Positions 8,178 to 16,920 of a stretch of DNA of 64,000 bases are shown here, piece by piece. Position 1 is the first letter of the stretch. Each line of letters begins with the position of its first letter. Where the stretch lies: the IMG/VR virus record IMGVR_UViG_3300035228_001078; one strand, given 5' to 3'. The notes under the pieces are model-generated. The model was not told where the DNA came from, searched no databases, and saw nothing but the letters and a program-made list of their open reading frames with translations. The translations under genes and the position numbers were made by a program. Origin of the DNA: a virus.

Positions 8178-9623
8178 TCACATGAGGTTCTTAACAACAG
8201 TACGCTGGTAGTAGCGGTTGCTGTTAGAAGTAATACGACCAAGACCCTGAGCGGTGCCTTCAGCGTAAGGATTGGAAACAAGACCATAGCGGGTCTTGAA
8301 GCCAATTTTGGGCTGGAAGGTGCCGTCGTTGACGGCGCGTACCATCTGGAGGGGTACATAAGGACAGTAGAAGAGACCAGCGTCATATGGGCTGGTTCCC
8401 TTGTAACCAACAACATAGTACTGGTTAGCAGCACTGTTGGCAGAGAAAGGATCGATGAAGACTCTGTACTTACCGTTGATAGTACCAGCGAAGGTATTAC
8501 CAGTGTCGTCAACCTGAAGGTTGGCGTTCAGAGCAGGGGTGTAATCAAGTACACCAGCCATGGTCAGAGCAGAAGCGACATCAGCACTTGTCATGATGAT
8601 GTTGCCCTTTCCACGACGAGTTCTTTGGGCGATGCGGTTTGCATCTCTCTCGATGTTGAACAGGAGACCCTTGAACTTCTCAACCGACCAGCGACCGTTG
8701 GAGTCAACATCCAGGTCGAAGAAACCAGCGTTGGCAACATTGACCTGTGAACCAGCTTCAGCAGTCTTGTAGATTGTACGGATAACCTCGCGGTTGATCT
8801 CAGCAAGAATCTCGCTAGACAAGATGTTAGCAAGTTCTGCTTCAGCGTTAAGACCGTGGATAGCACGAAGGTCTTGTGCCAGTTCCATGCTGTACTCTGC
8901 TTTCAGAGCACGGGACTTAGCGGTTACGGTGACTTTCTCGATCGAGAATGCCATCTCGTTGAAGTCGCCATTGCTGCCGTCTCCGAGTGCCTCAGAGTCG
9001 CCAGTTGCCATACCTTGACCCAGTGAATACTGAGATTGTACAGCGTCAGAAGCAGCTCCTTCCAAGATTGCGGGGTTAGTACCACGCTGAGTGCTTGTAG
9101 AACCGAAACCAACGGCACCGCCGTCATCAACAGCATCGGTGTAGTCGCCTTGCGTTGACTGACCAATGTTTGTGCCTGCCTTGTTAGCAGAGAATGCGGA
9201 ATCAGGCTCGTTGAAGAACGACTCAGTACCAGACTGATTGGTGTAGCGTGAACGCATTGCGAAGATCAGTCCAGTAGGACCGTTCATCGGCTGAACACCA
9301 GCAAGCTCATATGCAACCAGGTTAGGCATTGAGCGTCTGATCAGAGAGATCAGAACGGGGTCGAAACCTGCGGTAGGACCTGCGTCAGCAGAACCAGCAC
9401 CGAACGCGCCTGAACCGCCTACAGCGTTACCAGAGTTGGTAGGTGCAGACTCGGTAAGCATACCGTTGCCGCTAGAGAAAGCAGCTTCTTCTTTGAGGAA
9501 ACGCTCTTGGTTCTCAAGGAGAATAGCGGTTGTAGCGCGTCTATGTGAGTCCTTAATTGGATCTACGCCTTCGGCGTCGAGAAGCGGACTCCACTTCTCA
9601 AGTAATTGTTGTGCGTTATACAT
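8178..9623 (-). CDS. gp23: Major capsid protein
   Basis: FDPVLISLIRRSMPNL, GVQPMNGPTGLIFAMRSRY, KSRALKAEYSMELAQDLRAIHGL, YCPYVPLQMVRA, FQPKIGFKTRYG. Confidence 0.99.
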   Translation of the reverse strand: MYNAQQLLEKWSPLLDAEGVDPIKDSHRRATTAILLENQERFLKEEAAFSSGNGMLTESAPTNSGNAVGGSGAFGAGSADAGPTAGFDPVLISLIRRSMPNLVAYELAGVQPMNGPTGLIFAMRSRYTNQSGTESFFNEPDSAFSANKAGTNIGQSTQGDYTDAVDDGGAVGFGSTSTQRGTNPAILEGAASDAVQSQYSLGQGMATGDSEALGDGSNGDFNEMAFSIEKVTVTAKSRALKAEYSMELAQDLRAIHGLNAEAELANILSSEILAEINREVIRTIYKTAEAGSQVNVANAGFFDLDVDSNGRWSVEKFKGLLFNIERDANRIAQRTRRGKGNIIMTSADVASALTMAGVLDYTPALNANLQVDDTGNTFAGTINGKYRVFIDPFSANSAANQYYVVGYKGTSPYDAGLFYCPYVPLQMVRAVNDGTFQPKIGFKTRYGLVSNPYAEGTAQGLGRITSNSNRYYQRTVVKNLM

Positions 9624-9653
9624 TAGGGGAAGTTAACAGTGTTTGTTTGTGGA

Positions 9654-10703
9654 TTACTGTTGAGCTGTTCCAAGAGCTTTTAGATAGGAGTGCATAGAGC
9701 CAGAGACTTCTACACCACCTGCTTCTACGCCCTCAGAGAGCGTTTCAGTTTTTGCGGGAGCTTTTGCAGGGTCACTTGGGAAATACGATTCCTTCAGTGT
9801 TACAAGCTTCTCGCGATACAATTCCTCACCCTCAAACTCAACACCTTCAGACAGTGCGACCAGTTTCTCTCTTTGTGTAACAGCAAGACCCTCGGTTACT
9901 TCACGGAAAATTCCATCTGCTGTAGATTCTCCAAGGCGCTTGTTAAGAGAAATGTTCGACTCAATCTGTTCGTTAAGTCTGGCTTCCATTTCATCAAGTT
10001 TGGAGACCATGTTCTCCAATACATCATACTTATCTTCAGGGATTGTTACATAATGATCTTCAAATAGACCCTTCATTCCTTGCAGGAACGATTCAGTCAT
10101 TTCGGTCTTCAGACCGTGTTCTACTTCGAGTGTGTTTTCAGTTACCCACTCTTCAGAAACATACTCAAGATATGCATCGACCCGCTCAACGAGCTCAGTC
10201 TTTACTTCCTCAAGATGCTCAGAAAGAGTTGCTTCGTATTGAGCAGCCATTTCTTCTTGTACAGCAACTACCTTAGCGGTAACAACTGCCTCAAAGATTG
10301 TGCGAGCTTTATTCTGAAACTCTTCGGAGAGTTCCTCGCCGCCAAACAGGGCGGAAAGATCTTCTTCGATATCGACAGAAGGAGTCTCCTCCTCTTTCAT
10401 GGTCTCATCTTCAGCTACGACCTCTTGACCTTCTTCTGCTTCAGCGGTATCGCCAGCAGAAAGAGATTGCATAGGTTCAGCAGCTTTAGCGCCACGGTTG
10501 ACGATATCTCTTACTGTTTTGATTTTGGGTTCTGCGAATTTCGCGGAGTCGTCGTCGGGCTTATAGTTCTCGGGGGTAGGACCACCGAGGACTTCATAAC
10601 CACCGAGACCAGCTCCAGGATCAGCAAGCTTGGGCATCCCCTCGCCAGCTTTCGCACCCCTTGTTACAGGATTTTCCATTTCTTGTAATTCCTTAGCGGA
10701 CAT
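9654..10703 (-). CDS. gp22: Prohead core scaffolding protein
   Basis: Acidic; LSEEFQNKARTIFEAVV, VDAYLEYVSEEW, KLVTLKESYF; lies between gp21 and gp23. Confidence 0.93.
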   Translation of the reverse strand: MSAKELQEMENPVTRGAKAGEGMPKLADPGAGLGGYEVLGGPTPENYKPDDDSAKFAEPKIKTVRDIVNRGAKAAEPMQSLSAGDTAEAEEGQEVVAEDETMKEEETPSVDIEEDLSALFGGEELSEEFQNKARTIFEAVVTAKVVAVQEEMAAQYEATLSEHLEEVKTELVERVDAYLEYVSEEWVTENTLEVEHGLKTEMTESFLQGMKGLFEDHYVTIPEDKYDVLENMVSKLDEMEARLNEQIESNISLNKRLGESTADGIFREVTEGLAVTQREKLVALSEGVEFEGEELYREKLVTLKESYFPSDPAKAPAKTETLSEGVEAGGVEVSGSMHSYLKALGTAQQ

Positions 10704-10746
10704 TTTGGTGAACTCTCCGATTATAATCGTTGATATAATCTATATT

Positions 10747-10754
10747 TATTTATA
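10747..10754 (-). promoter_or_regulatory. T4 late promoter TATAAATA (gp22-gp23)
   Basis: Exact TATAAATA in the gp21-gp22 gap. Confidence 0.85.
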
Positions 10755-10756
10755 AA

Positions 10757-11407
10757 TTAGATACTTGAGAGGAACTTATTGAACAGAGCAAGCTTCTGTT
10801 CCTGCAGGGCTCTCTGGTCTACAAGCGTATTAATTTGCTTGTATGTCTTCTCCACAAGTCGTTCGCGGACAATACTACCGTCCATTACCCAATCTTTTCC
10901 TTCCATAATTCCCGATACAAATGCATCAGGTGCGGAGGGATCTGCTACGATATCAGCAGCAGTTGCAAGCATAAAATCGTCAGAAACAATTTTAATGCCA
11001 TTCTCGTTAACGGCAAGTGAACCAAGACCACGAGAGGATACACCCAACTTAACACCTTCATCGATAAGATTTTGTGCAATCTTACCCATAGGGGTGTTCA
11101 GGATTTTTGCCTTACCAATAAAATTAGTTCCTTCTTCCCTAAGTGAAGTAATTTTATGGGAAACGCGATCCAGGTTAAGGGTAGGTCCTTCGGGATGTCC
11201 GAGTTCACCGAGAGCTCTGCCTTTACCGACAAAACTTTCGTTGTAACGACCTACTTCTCTACGAAGGGTATCCATAGGATACATCCGACCATTTCGGTTC
11301 TTGATGTCACCTTGCAGGAATACACCTTCAATGTACATAGATTTCTTACCGTTGCGTTCTTCAACGATAACTTCGACCTGTTCGATTTCTTCCGTGATCA
11401 GTTTCAT
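10757..11407 (-). CDS. gp21: Prohead protease
   Basis: IEGVFLQGDIKNRNGRMYP, ALGELGHP, GVSSRGLGS, ADIVADPSAPDAFV. Confidence 0.97.
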   Translation of the reverse strand: MKLITEEIEQVEVIVEERNGKKSMYIEGVFLQGDIKNRNGRMYPMDTLRREVGRYNESFVGKGRALGELGHPEGPTLNLDRVSHKITSLREEGTNFIGKAKILNTPMGKIAQNLIDEGVKLGVSSRGLGSLAVNENGIKIVSDDFMLATAADIVADPSAPDAFVSGIMEGKDWVMDGSIVRERLVEKTYKQINTLVDQRALQEQKLALFNKFLSSI

Positions 11408-11411
11408 TTGG

Positions 11412-11681
11412 TTAGCCTGTAAATCCTACTTTGGAACCCTTTACGCCAGCATTAGCTGCAAACACGCATTGAGTTGGTTGTTTTTCTAAAAATTCTACAG
11501 AACCTGCAGGCATGGTAAACGAACCTACCGTATCTCCACTTCTTGTTTCTACAACAGTAACAAGATGTGCAGAAGTGTGGGTATTAATCAAACGAACAAC
11601 TGTCGCTTGAGTAAAACTAACAGCAGCACCAGTTGTTGTGGGCAGAGCTGCCTCTGCACCTTTACATAGAGTTCTTGCCAT
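11412..11681 (-). CDS. Conserved hypothetical virion-region protein (89 aa)
   Basis: Tightly packed between the gp67-like ORF and gp21; beta-rich. Confidence 0.75.
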   Translation of the reverse strand: MARTLCKGAEAALPTTTGAAVSFTQATVVRLINTHTSAHLVTVVETRSGDTVGSFTMPAGSVEFLEKQPTQCVFAANAGVKGSKVGFTG

Positions 11682-11851
11682 TATTCTGGTTCCTGAGTTT
11701 CTTGGTCAGATACGCCAAAGAGAGATGCTGCAGCATCGGGACGCATAGCATCTACTTTGCCAGCAGCTCGCGTATACAGCAGATCCTTAATCTGGTCGCT
11801 GATATCTACGGCAGAAGAATCTGTCGCAATCATATTAATGAGCTCTTCCAT
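11681..11851 (-). CDS. gp67: Prohead core protein, gp67-like (56 aa)
   Basis: Hand-translated MEELINMIATDSSAVDISDQIKDLLYTRAAGKVDAMRPDAAASLFGVSDQETQEPE*; follows the portal gene, has its own TATAAATA, and is TAATG-coupled to the next ORF. Confidence 0.7.
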   Translation of the reverse strand: MEELINMIATDSSAVDISDQIKDLLYTRAAGKVDAMRPDAAASLFGVSDQETQEPE

Positions 11852-11876
11852 CTATCAATAATCAATGGTATAAACT

Positions 11877-11884
11877 TATTTATA
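11877..11884 (-). promoter_or_regulatory. T4 late promoter TATAAATA
   Basis: Exact match overlapping the gp20 stop codon. Confidence 0.8.
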
Positions 11885-13553
11885 TCTCGCCTTGTCCTTG
11901 AGGTGGCTCTGCGTTCTGCGGATTGGGAGCTTTACCAGGAGGAAGAGCGGCAGGATCGGGCTGACCTTCTAGTTGTGGATCCCCTGCAGACTCTGCTTCC
12001 ATCTCAAGCATTTGCTGGTTTGGATCAGGAATAACACCAGATGCGATCTCTTGTTCAATCTGAACATCGATCTCAGCAATTTCAGCATCTCTCTGACGGA
12101 GAACCTGTCTTCTGACATATTCCGTAGAATAATACCGACCAACATATGGTTCAATCATTCCAAGAAGACCAAGGCGACCTTCCATCAATTCCTTATCTTT
12201 AAGTTCTGCAAAGTGATTATCGTAGATAAAGTCAAACTGAATATGCTCAGACATTACCTCCCAATCCTGAGTAGTGACAATGTTCTTGAGGAGCAGTTGA
12301 GTCTTCAGCATATCTATAAAGATGTTACTGAATCTCTTACGGAGACGACCAACAAACTTAGAGAACTTAAGTTCATCTCTTAAAATTTCACTAGAACGAC
12401 CGAGGTTGAAACCATCACCAGAACCAGCGATTCTAGACTCAGGTACACCAAGAGATCTATAAAGTTTAGATTGGAAATATTCAATGTCAGCAAGCTCTCC
12501 AAGATTCTGACCACCAGGTAGCGTGGTAATTTCTGTGCCACGACCACCTTCACGACGAGGTAACCAGAAATCTTCCAGCATACTCATCATCTTTTTATCG
12601 TCACGAATCTCACCGCTGTTGGAATCATAGACCAACTTATTACGGTAGCGCATCATGACATCGCGCAGATATTGTTCTGCCTTTACCTTAGGTAAGTTGC
12701 CAACATCAATATAGAAAATACGACGCTCTGGTGCGCGAGACATTCTATAGATAACCAGAGAGTCTTCAATCATACGGAGTTGATTGATTGACTTGATTGC
12801 TTTATGTAAGTACGATAATCCTACACCTTTATTTCTATCTACAAGTCCAGATGTGCAATATGTGATTGAGTCTTTTGCAATCTTAACACCCTTCATTGCA
12901 GTGCCAGCACCAATTGCAGCAATGTTTGTTGGGTATTGTGCTTTTGGAGTATACATGAAATACTCCTCAATCTCAGGAAAATATACCTTCTGAGATTCAT
13001 GAGCACTGGTTTGCCTAAACAGATCAGATCTCTCGTCTTTCTTCTTCTCTTTGCGTACATAACGCATTTTGAGAGGATCGATATATCTAAGATCTTGTAA
13101 ACCCGCTTCAGGATTTGCAATATCAATTACTTTGTTATAGTATAGTCTTCCGTCAACATACCAGTTTCTAAAAATTTCATGGGACTTTGTATCAAAGTCT
13201 AGAAGATCTTTAATATGTTTAAATTCTTTACGAATAATATTTTTAATAGAGTCACTAGCGTTCAGGTTCTCCAGATCAATCTCTACAGGAGAATCATTTG
13301 TATCTGATACGATAGCTTCATTTACTACATCTTCAATAGCATTATCCACCTCTGGGTGCAATGCCATCTCCCGATATCTTCTGATGAGCTCATGCTCGCT
13401 TTTGTATATACCTTCAATATCTACAACTTGACTAGAAAAACCCCCCTGAATATAATAGTCAGTCCCATTCTCACCTTGTGGTGGAATAGGGCTGACTACG
13501 CCTTTAGGATTCTTTTCTCCGTCCTCAATTGAGAAACCAAATAGTTTCGCCAT
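11880..13553 (-). CDS. gp20: Portal vertex protein
   Basis: MAKLFGFSI, YREMALHPEVDNAIEDVVNEAIV, RAPERRIFYIDVGNLPKVKAEQYL, MLEDFWLPRREGGRGTEITTLPGGQNLG. Confidence 0.99.
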   Translation of the reverse strand: MAKLFGFSIEDGEKNPKGVVSPIPPQGENGTDYYIQGGFSSQVVDIEGIYKSEHELIRRYREMALHPEVDNAIEDVVNEAIVSDTNDSPVEIDLENLNASDSIKNIIRKEFKHIKDLLDFDTKSHEIFRNWYVDGRLYYNKVIDIANPEAGLQDLRYIDPLKMRYVRKEKKKDERSDLFRQTSAHESQKVYFPEIEEYFMYTPKAQYPTNIAAIGAGTAMKGVKIAKDSITYCTSGLVDRNKGVGLSYLHKAIKSINQLRMIEDSLVIYRMSRAPERRIFYIDVGNLPKVKAEQYLRDVMMRYRNKLVYDSNSGEIRDDKKMMSMLEDFWLPRREGGRGTEITTLPGGQNLGELADIEYFQSKLYRSLGVPESRIAGSGDGFNLGRSSEILRDELKFSKFVGRLRKRFSNIFIDMLKTQLLLKNIVTTQDWEVMSEHIQFDFIYDNHFAELKDKELMEGRLGLLGMIEPYVGRYYSTEYVRRQVLRQRDAEIAEIDVQIEQEIASGVIPDPNQQMLEMEAESAGDPQLEGQPDPAALPPGKAPNPQNAEPPQGQGEI

Positions 13554-13587
13554 TATGCTAATAAAGGTCCTGTTATAGGACTATTTA

Positions 13588-14208
13588 TCAATATACCGAA
13601 CCGCCGTTTCCGTCAGCTTCCCACCATTGAACTTGGAAGGTAACTGTGAATTCTTCCAGAGCATCTGCCTGATCGTAGGAAAGATCCAACTGAGAGACAT
13701 TTGTTGGGAAGCAACCATGGAACTTATAAGTTCTCAGGATTGGCATATCGGGTTCAGAATCTTGTGTATTCTGAGTAACTTCAGCTCTGCCTAACTGGTA
13801 GACTTTAAGATCTTTGATGTAGTCTTCAGGATTTGTGAGACCAGAGTTATCAGATACCTTAGCAATAGAGTTCATCCATCTTTCCATGGAAGAACGGATT
13901 GCAAAATCGGTATCATTGATAATCGTTACAGTCCACTCATCGAATGTTCTGTCACCAGCGATCTTAAGTGTACGCCCTCTAAAGGGAACACTAATAGGAG
14001 CAATGTTTGAAGCGGGAAGTGCTGCAGCTTTGACTAAGAATCTACTCTTAATACCAAAATCATTTACATCGGTGTCGATGACACCATCTGGGGTTGAAAG
14101 TACAACCTCAAATAGATTAGGTCTTGCAATACCACCACTGATTCTTGCCTTGAACTTGTCAATAGTTCGACTTGAAGTCTTTGGGGGATTTTGTTGATTA
14201 ATGGGCAT
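13588..14208 (-). CDS. gp19: Tail tube protein
   Basis: GGIARPNLFEV, VPFRGRTLKIAGDRTFDEWTVTIIND, EEFTVTFQVQWW. Confidence 0.97.
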   Translation of the reverse strand: MPINQQNPPKTSSRTIDKFKARISGGIARPNLFEVVLSTPDGVIDTDVNDFGIKSRFLVKAAALPASNIAPISVPFRGRTLKIAGDRTFDEWTVTIINDTDFAIRSSMERWMNSIAKVSDNSGLTNPEDYIKDLKVYQLGRAEVTQNTQDSEPDMPILRTYKFHGCFPTNVSQLDLSYDQADALEEFTVTFQVQWWEADGNGGSVY

Positions 14209-14241
14209 TGTTTTTTCCTCTAAGAGTTAGTTACTAAACGA

Positions 14242-16614
14242 TCAAACTCGACCAATAACTTCTTCAAAGCTGATGCCCGTGCGGGTAGCAACGAAGGTTA
14301 GACCGATGAAGTTGATAGACCTGTTGGGCTTGACAAAGATGTCAGCAACGAATTCGTTATTATCAATGACCGCAGCAGTGTTGTTTGTCTCATCGCAAAC
14401 AACTACGAAGTCTGTGATACCTCTCTTAGATTGAACATCCCTGAGGAATGGTTCTACGATGTTGAGGAAATTAATTCTCGTAATCTCATCGTTAAACTCG
14501 AAGAGTTGATCTCTTGCAGCAGCAGCAATTGCTTTCTCCAAGTAGATAAACAGACGACGAACATTGATTCTGTCAAAAGCAGAAGACCTACCTAAACCAG
14601 TCTTGTCGCCAAAGAGGATAATTCCTGCACCAGGCGAGAAGATTATAGGGTTAACTCTATTAGAATAGAGTTTGTCACGCTCTTGTTGATCAGGAGTGTA
14701 CGCAAGTTTAACTGCATTCAGGATACCACCTCTAACTGTACCACCTGGTGAGAACCAAGGGAAGTTGTTGATATCGTTTCTAGCGCAGATACCTGCCATG
14801 TCACCATTCATAGGAACATAGCGGAACTGTCTGCCAAACCGATCATACATGTACTTGTAACCACTATCGAAGATAGCGTAAGAAGACGATGTAATAGCGG
14901 AATAGAAACTAATTACATTAGATGTAATAGTATCAGAATTCAGTACTAGATCTTCACCATCACCAGAGGCACTCAAGAATGCTTGTCTGTGAGGAGAGAT
15001 GCAAGCGATACAATCCTTTCTGTATTCTGCAACTGCAATCAATTTGTTTGCAAGTGCTTGTGTCTCTTCTTTTCCATGAGCACCAGAGCCCATGAGCAAG
15101 AAATCTAATTGATATTGATCCTTATTCTTAAGAAGATCGTATCCAGCAGAAAGATCTCCAACATTTACTTTGAGGGAAGAGGTGTCACCAACACTAACGG
15201 CACCACCATAATCCTTACCATTTCCAAGACTTACAGAATAGTTACCAATAGCAGCAAAGGTAATATTCTCAGTATCCTGATCCCAACCAACATCAGTCAG
15301 AGGATCAAAATCACCGTCAAGAGCTGTCGTTACAACACCAGCAGGAGCTCCACCACCAAAGATGTTGCCACTTGCGATCTGGAGAACCTTTCTCCAGTAA
15401 GCAGCATCACCTACAGAGTAGATTGCATCTTTTGCTTTCGATGTTGCTACAAACTTATCGACAAGAGTTCCAGCGTTACCAGATACTTTACCGAGATCGT
15501 CGTGTACAACAATATGAATCTCATCATTTTTAGAGTTTCTTTCTGCAGCGTAGGAAGAAGTACCAGGTCTGTCAGCAAGAGTATTCCAATAGATCTTCTG
15601 ACCATCGTTCAGAGTGATCCACTGATTGTCAAACCAGTCTGTTTCGCCAGTATAAGAAAGTGTGCCAGGAGAATATGCTACAGCAGATGTATAGCGGGAA
15701 TCACCAGCAGTGATACCAGCGCCAGTCAGAGCGGTCAGGAAGTCTGCGTTAGCAAAGCTTGATCCGTAAGAAACCTTACCTGCTTGCCAACCTCTACCTG
15801 TATTACTTTGTACATGCAGATGAAGACCACCAGAGGCGTTGCCAGTATTTGTAAAGGCATATACACCACCAGGTGTGTAGTCAACTGAAGTTTCTGTACC
15901 AGCTGCGCTGACATGAGAAACAAGTTTTACTGAAACCTGTGCAGCACCAACCTCAGTGATTACACCTTTGAGGTAACCGTCAAGGACGGCAGTAGTACCA
16001 GCACCAGCAATAACTGTATTGGCAGGAACTGCTTGAGTAACTCCAAGACCAACTGATAGGTTGACCTCTGCAATACCATCTTCATATCCAGCAACAGCAC
16101 CAAGTCCTGTTGAGGAAAATCCGAGAACGGCAGTGGTATTGACACCAGTCAGAATCTGGTCAGCAAGACCATCAATAGCAGAAACCTTAAGGCTGTTGCC
16201 CCAACTACCAGGGTTCTTAGATGCAAAGACTACACCAGGAATGGTGTTCTCCGCATAACCTTTGTTGATATAATCTTCGTTGCTCTTGATCCTGATACCT
16301 GTTACTGTGCTTGCAACTCCTGCAAACGCATTCTTCATATCAGCTTGATCTGATCTTACGACTCTGAGTACACCGCCGTATGCCAGATACGAGGTTGCGG
16401 TGAGCCAGTATTCGTAATGATTGCTGTCCTTATAGGGAGATCCGAAAGAATCGAGGAGCTCCGCTTCTGTTTGTATGAGTGTAGGTTCTTCTACTGGACC
16501 TTTGGCGAAAGGAGCGACCAGACCACCAGCGAGTGTAGATGTGGGATCTACTCTGCCATTGGTAAGATCAACTTCCTTAACGACAATTCCAGGAGATGCT
16601 AAGTTGAGCGGCAT
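14242..16614 (-). CDS. gp18: Tail sheath protein
   Basis: Start moved to ATG 16614 (MPLNLASPGIVVKEVDLT), after SD AAGGAG and a late promoter; C-terminal FDRINVRRLF...FEFNDEITR...KPNRSINFI. Confidence 0.97.
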   Translation of the reverse strand: MPLNLASPGIVVKEVDLTNGRVDPTSTLAGGLVAPFAKGPVEEPTLIQTEAELLDSFGSPYKDSNHYEYWLTATSYLAYGGVLRVVRSDQADMKNAFAGVASTVTGIRIKSNEDYINKGYAENTIPGVVFASKNPGSWGNSLKVSAIDGLADQILTGVNTTAVLGFSSTGLGAVAGYEDGIAEVNLSVGLGVTQAVPANTVIAGAGTTAVLDGYLKGVITEVGAAQVSVKLVSHVSAAGTETSVDYTPGGVYAFTNTGNASGGLHLHVQSNTGRGWQAGKVSYGSSFANADFLTALTGAGITAGDSRYTSAVAYSPGTLSYTGETDWFDNQWITLNDGQKIYWNTLADRPGTSSYAAERNSKNDEIHIVVHDDLGKVSGNAGTLVDKFVATSKAKDAIYSVGDAAYWRKVLQIASGNIFGGGAPAGVVTTALDGDFDPLTDVGWDQDTENITFAAIGNYSVSLGNGKDYGGAVSVGDTSSLKVNVGDLSAGYDLLKNKDQYQLDFLLMGSGAHGKEETQALANKLIAVAEYRKDCIACISPHRQAFLSASGDGEDLVLNSDTITSNVISFYSAITSSSYAIFDSGYKYMYDRFGRQFRYVPMNGDMAGICARNDINNFPWFSPGGTVRGGILNAVKLAYTPDQQERDKLYSNRVNPIIFSPGAGIILFGDKTGLGRSSAFDRINVRRLFIYLEKAIAAAARDQLFEFNDEITRINFLNIVEPFLRDVQSKRGITDFVVVCDETNNTAAVIDNNEFVADIFVKPNRSINFIGLTFVATRTGISFEEVIGRV

Positions 16615-16649
16615 CTTTAACTCCTTTAGAATCCAAATATAACTAAAAA

Positions 16650-16656
16650 TATTTAT
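16650..16656 (-). promoter_or_regulatory. Late promoter (ATAAATA) for gp18-gp19
   Basis: ATAAATA 35 nt upstream of the gp18 ATG. Confidence 0.7.
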
Positions 16657-16697
16657 GGAAAGGCTTCTTTTCAGATGGGAAACAGTGCATGAACACA

Positions 16698-16919
16698 CTA
16701 CCAATCAGGATATTCCCATCGTGAAGATTTGCCCGACTTCCTAGTTTTTCGGATTCTATTTTTAGTACATTCTTTACACTCATAAGAATATGATGATGGA
16801 CCACTAGTTTTTCTAATTTTATAAAAATCAGAAGTAAGGTCCTTTGTCAAACGACAAGTTCTACATTTCCTTTCTGTAAAGACAAAATGCTCTAACTCAA
16901 ACTCTTCCTTGAAATCCAC
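16698..16919 (-). CDS. Small Zn-ribbon protein (CxxC...CxxC)
   Basis: Likely GTG start at 16919, right after the gp17 stop; RKCRTC...DFY...YSYECKEC...WEYPDW. Confidence 0.7.
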   Translation of the reverse strand: MDFKEEFELEHFVFTERKCRTCRLTKDLTSDFYKIRKTSGPSSYSYECKECTKNRIRKTRKSGKSSRWEYPDW

Positions 16920-16920
16920 A

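Noticed and set aside
8166-8750. 194-aa plus-strand ORF antisense to gp23 (likewise 10080-10688, 15109-15762, 21778-22374, 37661-38161 and other plus-strand ORFs)
   Set aside because: Shadow frames of strongly codon-biased minus-strand genes, with no recognisable motifs; the window is otherwise uniformly minus-strand coding.
8117-9166. Same-strand alternative-frame ORFs inside gp23 (8117-8512, 8591-8866, 8924-9166) as a possible programmed frameshift extension
   Set aside because: No slippery site evident, the products are S/T/L-rich without motifs, and one frame runs through the terminator; codon bias explains them.
16615-16704. 30-aa N-terminal extension of gp18 in the ORF track
   Set aside because: It spans the late promoter and SD; the typical sheath start is MPLNLASPG at 16614.
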